A stretch of DNA of 62,898 bases, the filler included, from Rhabdomonas costata (Eukaryota): NCBI GenBank assembly GCA_019059605.1. It is 56 parts of 56 records of this genome, joined end to end, with 100 filler letters (N's around TTAATTAATTAA, not from the genome) between each part and the next. Parts side by side here need not be neighbours in the genome. Positions count along the whole stretch, not along the records: positions 1 to 1,025 come from JAHMHO010032802.1; positions 1,126 to 2,150 come from JAHMHO010032803.1; positions 2,251 to 3,275 come from JAHMHO010032804.1; positions 3,376 to 4,400 come from JAHMHO010032805.1; positions 4,501 to 5,525 come from JAHMHO010032806.1; positions 5,626 to 6,650 come from JAHMHO010032807.1; positions 6,751 to 7,775 come from JAHMHO010032808.1; positions 7,876 to 8,900 come from JAHMHO010032809.1; 48 more parts are not named here. The stretch is one strand, 5' to 3'. How positions within the stretch are numbered: the first letter of the stretch is position 1; each line of letters begins with the position of its first letter. Below, in pieces: positions 1-9,714 of the stretch. A model generated the notes under the pieces. It made no database searches. It was not told the DNA's origin and was given only the letters and a program-made list of their open reading frames with translations. A program made the position numbers and the translations under genes.

Positions 1-23
1 GGTGGTTTGTAACTTTCCCGCAG

Positions 24-1025
24 TGCTGAAGAAAACGCGTGCACGTGGGAGTGCTTCCGGGAGTGGATGTGGAGGTTGCTGTTGGATGACCAAGGGGAGC
101 TTCGGCAGTCTATCGGATTGCCGGAATCCATCTTTGACCCTGTCACTGCTCACGAGAGTGCACCTAACTGCGAGCAAGAAGTGGAAGGACTTGCTGTGGA
201 ACAGCCGGTTTTACTGCCTCCGCGTGTGGAAGTCCTTTATCTCCTTTCCCCAGTACTTTTTCGTGCCTACCGTGAGCTTCCACACGGTAATGCTCAGCCG
301 TCAGGCGTTTTGGGGAATTCGACGAGAAGTCTTCAGCACGTGACTGGTGCTGCCTGCACAGTATCAGAGTATTCTCTCAGTCGGGACTTGCATTTTGACC
401 CGATTAAAATGACAACACATTCTGACTTGCACTGCCGTCTTTGTCTCTACATGTGTTTCGGATCTATGGTTCTCACAGGGCTCGTTCCGTCTGCGGAAGT
501 AATGGTTCAGGCACTTCTGGGGGCTTGCCGGCGTCTTTTGGAACCCTCTGGCAAAGGTTACCAACGCCTAATGGCATTGTCACGTCAGCTCATGGGTGCT
601 GAGGAGAACCAACCAGTGAAGCTATCAGCGCGGGCAGTTTACCATGTTACGGACGTTTTCCCCTCATCCGCTGGTGGACCGACTGGCGCAGAAGTGCTGC
701 GCGAATCAGCAGGAGGGTCAATAACTATGCACGTTGTCCGGGGCGTGTGCCCGGTTCCTTGTTTGCTTCGTACCCTGGCGCTCGGAGATGGATCAGGCTC
801 CTCATTATCAGTGCCAGTTGCAGTTATACATGGTGGTTCCGGCACTCTTCATACTGTTCTCAAGGAAGGCGTACCTTGTGTTGTAGCGCCCTTCTTATTT
901 GACCAGAGCAGATGGGGTGAGACGGCGGATGCTTTCGGTGTGGGGTTGCGTGCTCAAGATATCGCGGACACAGCCGGAGACCTTGCCAGCGTTCCACCAA
1001 CACCACAGCTGGAGCAGAGCCGTGC
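24..1025 (+). CDS. GT-B (GT1/sterol glucosyltransferase-like) UDP-glycosyltransferase, partial long exon
   Basis: Open frame after acceptor ttcccgcag|. C-terminal UDP-sugar motif VIHGGSGTLHTVLKEGVPCVVAPFLFDQSRWG, plus YMCFGSM and WMWRL..DD.G...FDPVT segments typical of sterol-GT-like proteins. Confidence 0.8.
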
Positions 1026-1125
1026 NNNNNNNNNNNNNNNNNNNNNNNNNNNNNNNNNNNNNNNNNNNNTTAATTAATTAANNNNNNNNNNNNNNNNNNN
1101 NNNNNNNNNNNNNNNNNNNNNNNNN
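1026..1125. other. Artificial contig spacer (first of 55): N44-TTAATTAATTAA-N44
   Basis: The same 100-bp spacer with stops in all six frames recurs about every 1,125 bp and separates 56 contigs of 1,019-1,032 bp. Confidence 0.99.
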
Positions 1126-1565
1126 TATTCATGGGTCTGTGTACCAGGCGGCGCAGCGCACTCCGTGAGTCTGGGTTTTGCGGACAATTGAAGCCTCCAA
1201 GACCTCCACTCGGGAAAAGGCACAGAGATTCGAAATTCAAGTCTACTCAAACCAGTTTCGAAGAAAACACTTGGCAGTGGCTCCTGAAGTAGCGCCGCTG
1301 TTTCTAAAGGACCGCTATTCAATTGTGAGCACATGAAGCGGTGCTATAATCTTGGCCACTTTTTCAGCTCAGCTCCTATTTTGTATCCTTTGGAAGTACC
1401 GCTGTCATTTAAAGGGACAAACCGGACAAACCAGCGCAGACAGAATGGCGTTGCCCCGAAACTGCATTTCCTTCCACCAAATGATTCCAACGACGAGAAT
1501 CTAGATTTTCCGCGAACAAAAACACCACAGGGCGAGCTAGAGGGCGGTTGGGGGGGGGGACGCAC

Positions 1566-1682
1566 CGATGGGCTCGCAGCAATCCCAGAACATGCAATTA
1601 TCCGCGGTACACCGGCGCGGCCGACGCGACGAGGCCGGTCGCATGAGCGGGGGGCAGCGGAAATTTTGCTCACAGGTCGGCG
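1566..1682 (-). CDS. Six-cysteine module exon (phase 1-1, 117 nt)
   Basis: ggtttcag|..|gtgcgt; reads xPTCEQNFRCPPLMRPASSRRPRRCTADNCMFWDCCEPI, in frame with the 1915-2034 exon. Confidence 0.8.
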
Positions 1683-1914
1683 CTGAAACCGAATGAAACA
1701 GTACTAATGAAAGCCAAGAGCAGAAAACTGAAGGGACAAAACGCTCCCGTTGTTCAGTGCCGTCGATTTAAGCTGAGCTCGCAACTTCGAATGAAAATGG
1801 GTAAATTCCCCTGTGTCTCATTCGATTATGATCCGCACACAACTCATCAAAAACTAGATGCAAACGTGTACCCTAAGACAATCTCAACCATGAGGGAAGG
1901 CGTCGAGCAGATAC

Positions 1915-2034
1915 CAGTGACGCAGCATTCCTCGGCTGTGCACCTCTGCCCCGCACAATTCTTTTCGGAGTGCAGAACGGGGACGGACCCGTTCGTGCAA
2001 ACCAAAGTGGAGGCTGCGTCCGAGCACTTCGGGG
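1915..2034 (-). CDS. Six-cysteine module exon (phase 1-1, 120 nt)
   Basis: ttttgctcag|..|gtatct; reads xPKCSDAASTLVCTNGSVPVLHSEKNCAGQRCTAEECCVT. Not in the ORF track in this frame. Confidence 0.8.
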
Positions 2035-3821
2035 CTGAGCAAAAGTATCATAGCTACCACGCAAGGTTTGAAGGCACACTTCGAGCGTGCTCACGAATCG
2101 AAAACCTTGTTCTTTCATACATGCCGCCTTTTTTGCACGTCTGTACTTCANNNNNNNNNNNNNNNNNNNNNNNNNNNNNNNNNNNNNNNNNNNNTTAATT
2201 AATTAANNNNNNNNNNNNNNNNNNNNNNNNNNNNNNNNNNNNNNNNNNNNGTGGTGGGGGTCCTTGTATTATTTATCATCACTTAGGCATGGATTTACCC
2301 TTACAAACCTCTGATAAACAGACATTGTAACATTGTAACATTGTTCAACATATTAATCCAGGTAAGAAACTTGATGGTAAAATTTGAAATTAAATTTCGA
2401 CATCTTTAACTGATCCAAACTCCACACGAACTTGTAGCCACACGTCTGTGGAAACAGCTGCCATTTCAACTTTTCTACATTTCTACATTTCTAGCCTTAT
2501 GAAAAGACTTGACAAGGCGTAACAATTCATGTGCACCCAACGCTCCTGTGGAATATATGATCTCTACTTGATCTTGAATCCTGCTGAAGTCATTAAGGTT
2601 TTCTACAGACACAATCCATGTTATGAAATTAGATGGGTTTTCATCGCACTTCTTGAACTATTGATCTTTCTTATAAAATTTCCGCAAATGTCACAGCTCA
2701 TCTGGAATTGATGAAGCTGGCGCATCACATACACTATGTAAACCTTCCGCTGAGGGTCCAGCAAGAATGTGCAATATAGTTATTGTACCGCTGATTCTGC
2801 TCCATTCTATGTAAAACGATACGATTTGGGTTATAACAGTCTGATTAATATGTGGTGCGGGAGCTGCTCTAGGCTTTGAAGGTGGAGAATTTCCTGAAAT
2901 AAAATCTGAACTCACCTCTGAGATTGGGATGACCTCCACTCAGCTTCTCGTTTGAACGAAGAGAGTCGTGAGGAAGATGACATTCGCCATATCCAACCCA
3001 ATAGACCGGCCACTTGTCGTGTGTGAAATGAGCTGCGGCATGGCGGAATGGAGCCCACTTATTCACACGCCTGTGGACGCTGCCGTGATACGCGTTAATT
3101 TACAGGTTTTGGGATTTCCTGGAGGGTGCTCAGCTGCTGCTGCGGTCTGAGAGGAAGAGGGAGTGCAGATGAACAGAAAGAGTGGTAGGGCAGAAAACGC
3201 GTGCGGAGCGAGAGTATTGAAGAAAGCAGCATAGAAGGCGGAGTAGGAAGCACAAACACCAACCACACCCAACACNNNNNNNNNNNNNNNNNNNNNNNNN
3301 NNNNNNNNNNNNNNNNNNNTTAATTAATTAANNNNNNNNNNNNNNNNNNNNNNNNNNNNNNNNNNNNNNNNNNNNGGTTGGTTGGAATTAACAGGACATA
3401 TCCTTGCTCTCGATGGCAGTGTGCGCTTCATGATGCACGCCAAGACCTCCTCAGGAACACCCTTTTTGGGGGGAGGCCGATGCCAGCAGAAAAGCGCACA
3501 CTGCCATCGAGAGCAAGGATATGTCCTGTTAATTCCATGCCAATCCTAATCATGGGCTGTGAAACACCAACCGAGATCAAGTGCGTAGCCCACCCCGAAA
3601 TCACAACAAGGGCTGCCCCCGTCGTCATTACCTTTTCTGTGATGTGAAAATCCCGGAAATTGAGAAAAAGTGGGACCTATTGTGACAGAATAGGGGGAGG
3701 GAAGCAGCCGCAGGCCCCACAATTGGAGGTCAGCCTGCCCAGGTCCTTACAATGCGTGGTATGCTGAATGGGAAACGTGAAAAGGGCATGGGTGTTGGGG
3801 CCTGTGCCAGGGGCCGCGCAC

Positions 3822-4019
3822 CCGGTTCGGGCCGATCAGGTCCAGCAAGGAGCCGTCCATGGCCTCCAAGGCGATGAACACGGAGCCGTCGAGGGCGTAC
3901 GCTCCCATGAAGTCGATGATGTACGGGCAGATACTGGTCTCCTTGCTGCCGTATAGGGTGCCCAGCTCCTTGGCAATCTCCTCCATGTGGCGCTCCCCAC
4001 CCAGCTTGATCTCCTTCAC
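3822..4019 (-). CDS. MAP kinase kinase (STE7/MEK-like) exon, subdomains II-V
   Basis: cgcag|VKEIKLGGERHMEEIAKELGTLYGSKETSICPYIIDFMGAYALDGSVFIALEAMDGSLLDLIGPNR|gtgcgc; 198 nt, phase 0-0. CPYII.F.GA and MDGSL are MEK-like. Confidence 0.8.
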
Positions 4020-4699
4020 CTGCGCGCACAGAGAGTAAATATACACAAAAATGAATGCGCTGATCAAAATCAAACCAGGAGGGGGGGAAGGTGCTAGGCG
4101 AGCCGTTGGGAAGTCACTGCCACTGTCACCACCATTTCCAAAGTGGTGTCATCACTTTTTATGACGAGTTTCGAGCACATTCCACCACGTATTGTACCGA
4201 AGCAGAGCCGAAGCATTGGGTCTGCCTCCCCTCCTCCCAGGCGTCAAGCGCAGCTGTGCCTATAGCAACTGACGTCACACACAATTCAAGGAGAATCCAA
4301 GTCATCAGTGCATTCGAAGGAGCGCGAGAAAAGAGAGAAGCCAATCCCGCACCACCACCACCACCACGACCACCACCACACACCCAACCACACCCAACAC
4401 NNNNNNNNNNNNNNNNNNNNNNNNNNNNNNNNNNNNNNNNNNNNTTAATTAATTAANNNNNNNNNNNNNNNNNNNNNNNNNNNNNNNNNNNNNNNNNNNN
4501 GTCCAAGTACACCACAAAGACCACGCACAACCCACAGCAAGCGAACCATAGTAACACAGAAGCACCCGACACCATTGCAACCTAACCTGCCTGACAAAGA
4601 CCTAACACAAAATGACACCCACAAGCACCATAAAATTACGAGCACACACAGAAGAAGAAGAAAAAGTGGCTAAAAACCCAGCAAACAACGGAACCTGGA

Positions 4700-4915
4700 A
4701 CACTGACCACGAACCATTAACCCAGAAACTAACCCTTGGATACCTGAAGCGCGCAACCACCCAAGCCACTGCAGAACCCACACTCCACCTCCACAACACT
4801 CCACGAAACCCACGCACACGACACTCTACGAAACCAGCATCCATGAAACACACAAAGCACCATACCTCCCACACGCATCCTCGCATACCATCCTACGCTC
4901 CCTCACACGCAACCT
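4700..4915 (+). pseudogene. Possible decayed tyrosine recombinase C-terminus in an A/C-skewed contig
   Basis: EPLTQKLTLGYLKRATTQA, then after a frameshift (from 4797) HSTKPTHTTLYETSIHETHKAPYLPHASSHTILRSLTR. Spacing H-x-x-(R>K)...H-x8-(Y>S) fits the recombinase tetrad; each altered codon is one base from R or Y. Confidence 0.4.
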
Positions 4916-6280
4916 CCACCAACCGCAACCCGGCTCACCATCCACACCATCTACCCTCCAGCGCCGAAGCCCCAACGTACAAAGCACCACATACACCCAC
5001 CGCCTACACCTGCTACACCCAACCATGACCCTCCACGCACGACCCCACTTCGCAAACACTCCGCACGAACACCCACCCCACCGAATACCAATCACCAAGC
5101 AAAAATTCGCGATCACAAAGCAACCCATACAACAAATCGCTACACCCTCACACCACACCTTCACCCCGCAAGCAACCTCCGCGCAACCCTTTAATGCAAT
5201 CCGGACAAGCGACTCCCACACCCACACACTAAGACCAACACCATGTTCCTCATTGCATATACCATTATCTGATCCGCCAAATCAGAAAGCAAAAAACCCG
5301 CACCAGACCACCATCAAGAGAAGGAAAACGAAGAGAAGAAACCGACACCGACACACTGACCACAACCACGAAACGCAAACCCAACACAGAACACGAACGC
5401 CTACACCTAGACCAATGACTACTGGCACCGCTACCTGAATTCAGCCCACCAAATACAGGAACCCTCATCTAGAACCCAGAATACCATGAGATCACCAGAC
5501 GCAGAAGGCACCAACCCACACCTTANNNNNNNNNNNNNNNNNNNNNNNNNNNNNNNNNNNNNNNNNNNNTTAATTAATTAANNNNNNNNNNNNNNNNNNN
5601 NNNNNNNNNNNNNNNNNNNNNNNNNGTGTCGGGTGTGTTTGGTGTGTTGGTTGTGCTGGGTGCGTGGGTGGGGAAGTTCCTTTGGGCTTCCTTGCCGGCT
5701 GGACCCCGGTACCCAGTTACTGGTAAACGAACTTGAACCTCCTGGTTCAGGAAGGGGGGTCGAGCTTCAACTTAACTCCGCGGATATTAGGATATAAAAA
5801 AATCCCTACGCTGGCCTCCGGATGTGGCCATGCTGGGAAGTATTCGTACCTCTTCACCATCTCTTCGTCCTTCCATACGTGGACTGTGTGTCGCTTTCCC
5901 TGCGATGCCCCCAAAAGTACATACGAGGCCAATGATGAGGCCATCAGCTGACTTTGGGACACTTGTATTTTTGGGGTAACATTTAAGGCCGTTAAACGCT
6001 CCGGACTTCGTGGATGTATGGGGCAACATTACTTCTTTTTTCGACCGTTTAACGTCAGTGTAAAATGTTGAGCGGCATCCCCTCCCCAGAAAAAATACAC
6101 CTTTGCCTTTACAAACACAGCCACCACTACCACGGAGTAAATCTTTTAAAAGACCTTTCGGGACGTAAAGCAGCCCTGAAAAAAAACAGCTCTGAGGCCA
6201 CCAGGCCGTTGCTTGGGCATACACTTCTTCACAGATCGACTGCAATTTAAGAGGCGGAAAGCCAAGAAGCACCGGGGTAC

Positions 6281-6541
6281 CGCAGTGATACCCGTAGTGG
6301 TGATGGTGGCCCCCATAGAAGGGGTTGAGGTGCTCTTGGCGGGCCGCGTCGAAGTTGTCCAGGGCAGGGCAGTCATTGCGGGCGACGCGGTTGCTGCAGT
6401 GCGGGGGCTGCGGGAGGTACACGCAGCCGCAGCTGACCAGCCCGCCCCAGCTGCTGTCGAAGAACAGGGGGTTCTCACTGCGGTGGTCCAGCCATACCCC
6501 CAACCCCTCACGGAGCTGAGGCAGCAGGCGGTCGATAACTC
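6281..6541 (-). CDS. GH81 endo-1,3-beta-glucanase-like exon
   Basis: tgccag|..|gtaccc, 261 nt; WLDHRSENPLFFDSSWGGLVSCGC...CPAL...NPFYGGHHHHYGYH matches the GH81 YD..WGG.VS and YNDHHFHYGY regions. Confidence 0.85.
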
Positions 6542-6825
6542 CTGGCAAACCCATACGCAGCCACGCACTGAATCGCTCAAGCAATTTGTACCAAAGCAGT
6601 ACCGAACCACAACAATGTTCACCATGCGGCCACGCACTCATTCGCTCAAANNNNNNNNNNNNNNNNNNNNNNNNNNNNNNNNNNNNNNNNNNNNTTAATT
6701 AATTAANNNNNNNNNNNNNNNNNNNNNNNNNNNNNNNNNNNNNNNNNNNNGTTTTTTGTGCTTTTTTGTTTTTTGTGTTTTTGTGTTTTTGCATGTCTGT
6801 AAATTGATGGGTTGGTGGCCCGTAG

Positions 6826-7123
6826 GTTCCAGGCCCTGGAGCTCCTCCGTGAGCAGCTTGGGCCCCTGCCCTGCACCCACCGCCGGCCCACCGCGGAGCT
6901 CCGTCCGACCTTCCCCAGCCTAGACCTCAGCCATATCCCTCCCCTACCCCCTCGCCCTACCACGCCCACAACAACAACAACACCCGCGAACACCTCAGAG
7001 GGTCGCTCTGAGGGACTGGAGGAGAGCTCCCAGGGGGTGGCCCGTCGGGCGGTGGAGTTCCTTGGAGGGAATCTTGGGAGCTTGGGGTGGTCACCCACCG
7101 CCTTCCTCGCAGCTCTGATGCAG
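6826..7123 (+). CDS. Histidine phosphatase / phosphoglycerate mutase-like exon, possibly degenerate
   Basis: cgtag|FQALELLREQLGPLPCTHRRPTAELRPTFPSLDLSHI...EESSQGVARRAVEFL...AFLAALMQ. The VVTH motif lies in a shifted frame; the probable donor is GC. Confidence 0.65.
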
Positions 7124-9613
7124 GCAACTCCTCGCTCTCTCTCTTTCTCCCTTTCTCTCTCTCCCCGTTTGCTTCGCTGCTCGTTTCTCTTTCTCTCCTG
7201 ATCAGAGACTGAGGTTCCAGAGCTTGCTATCGCTATCTCCCTTTCAGAGCGGACACCCCAGGGCCGCCCATTGGAACAGGATCACTCCGTGTGTTAGACG
7301 TCCAGTATTCTCATCCAGAAAGACAAAGTGCAGAGATCTTCTCAACACTCCAGCCATCCTTGTCTGTCTTCAGCACAGGGCGCCTCTTGCTTTCGAATTG
7401 CAAGCAGGTGGGTCGGAACAAACGCGCCTGCCCTGCCCTCTGCCGTCCTTCGGTTGTTGGGTACTTGTCATCGGTACGCAAATGCACCCGTGTATGTCCG
7501 TGCCAAAGGAGACATAATAAATGGTTACGGCTCTCACCACCCGCCCTCGAGTGAGCGGTGTGGGTTTGCCTGTACGCATACGAGGACAGCAGTGCCACCC
7601 AGAACTCAGTCGTTCAGAACGTGTCCCTTTGTCACAATCACCTTGATCCTCTAAAAACCACTAGGACCCAATATATCCGTAACTCTCACCCACCCCACCC
7701 CTGAGGATTCCTGCCTCAGACGAAAACGTCCTTGAACCAATAAAGTGTATCGACAACTCCCAGCCCCAAAAAACCNNNNNNNNNNNNNNNNNNNNNNNNN
7801 NNNNNNNNNNNNNNNNNNNTTAATTAATTAANNNNNNNNNNNNNNNNNNNNNNNNNNNNNNNNNNNNNNNNNNNNGTGGCGTGTCACCGGAAAGGGAGAG
7901 GGGGAGAGAGAAACTCGGCACTAACTCCTCTTCTTATTGCGGCTCTCTTTCTCAGAGATCGGCCCTCGGGGGAACTGAAAACAGAATTCCCAGGGGTTAG
8001 CTACAATACGTTTGCATACGTGCGGAAATGGGGGAGAAAGGGCACAGGATGTACAGGGTAGGACAAACAAGGATAAACACAAAGCAAGGGGGAGGCTAAA
8101 AGTTAAAAGAGATTAGCAACTCATGTCCTCCATGCTACACACTGAGCGACAAAAAGCACGGATTTCAGGGGACATCGGGCGCAAATCTAGAGGCGAGCAG
8201 ACTTGTCTGACCATGTTCCGATAATCCAAGAGTTCGAGACGAAAAATTGCACCTCAAAAATGACTGAAACTACATTGGCGCTTCCCCTGCTTAAAAAAAC
8301 TTGCGATCAGATTGGGGATTGCGTCGTTCTAAATTTTGCGGTATAAGGAACTTGTACATTAATTTGGGTATGGTGAGATAACTCCTTTTCAGAAGCTTCA
8401 TCCACGAAAACCGAGGTCTGAGATCCAAATGCACGAATGCCCAGCGGCCACGGAGCCGTTTGGGCGACAGAGACAGAAACAGACATCGCGTGCAGGCATT
8501 CGGGGTCAACGCCACACACAGCCACGCACAGCATGCAAAGCTTGCACAGTGAACCCATCAGAAGACATTGTGAAAAAGGCTCTCCAGCCCGCCGATCCCG
8601 CCACCTCTCATAACACTACAATCAACTCAGAGAGAGGAGGTCACCATGGTGACAGGCTAAAGGGAAACGAAGGTCTCGCTCTTGGGGCACTATTTTGCCT
8701 CTCATGCATATGAGAGGCCGAGAGAAGACCAAAGAAGGATGAGAGCTAGAGGGCTGAGGAGAAGGCGATCTCATTTCTGCTCTCCCTGTCTCAACGCGAA
8801 TGCACTTCCTCTTTTCTGGCGCAAATGCACACATATGAGCTGTACCTGAATTTGGAACTGTGCCCGGTGTTTGGGGGTGGGAGCCTTTGGAAGGGGAAGC
8901 NNNNNNNNNNNNNNNNNNNNNNNNNNNNNNNNNNNNNNNNNNNNTTAATTAATTAANNNNNNNNNNNNNNNNNNNNNNNNNNNNNNNNNNNNNNNNNNNN
9001 GTTTCCTGAACCGATCACACGTACACAGAGCTTTGGATTTGACATGTGCTCGCTTTGAATTTGGGAGACAGAGGGTGCATCGCTATCAAATTCTGCTATT
9101 GGAATCCCAGTGGACGCCTCCAAAACCACTGCATTCAGGAAGCACTAATTCACAGCTCATATACAGTGAACCCGCCACGCCCGCTTCCACTAGATGGCAA
9201 GGCCAGGAATGTCCTGCGGTGGATTGAAAGCGAAGTCCCGGAGTATCTTAGGAGAACCAGAGGCAAGCAACACGCCATAAGCAGACCTTGTAGGGGAACG
9301 GCTTGGGAATGGCTGAGCCCTTTCCCTTCTTCTCCAGGTCCTCCAGAAATCCCTCAATGCTCACAAACTTCGTCACGGCCTGAAATAATCACTCAACAAC
9401 CACGACCAGGCACCTCCGCAAGTCCATTTAACAAAGTCCAGGCAAAGGAAGCCCTCTAGGGCGGTGGCGCTCTTGCGGGTTTTTATTTCAAACAGCTCCA
9501 GTGCCGCTTCATTTTTCCACACGGCATGGGACAATTGTCCACACACACCGTGCAATTAAAAAAGAGAAATGCAGCGAGACGCTGTCTCTCAAACGCTGTG
9601 CCAGTCCACACAC

Positions 9614-9714
9614 CTGAAGGGCCCTGGCAGGGCCGATGTCTCGAACACGGGGGCAGTAGTCACTGCCTAGCAGAACACAGAGCTCCACGAACTGCTTCCT
9701 GGTGAGCTTGAGCC
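9614..9714 (-). CDS. FEN1: XPG/FEN1-family flap endonuclease exon (H3TH motif)
   Basis: aaaag|[34 protein letters not shown]|gtgtgt matches the F.DLCILLG.DY...I.GIGP..A H3TH motif. Paralog assignment is not certain. Confidence 0.75.

Noticed and set aside
2300-2800. AT-rich minus-strand frames with CDICGKFY and 8-bp micro-duplications
   Set aside because: Broken by stops and shifts and no family recognised; possibly a decayed element but unsupported.
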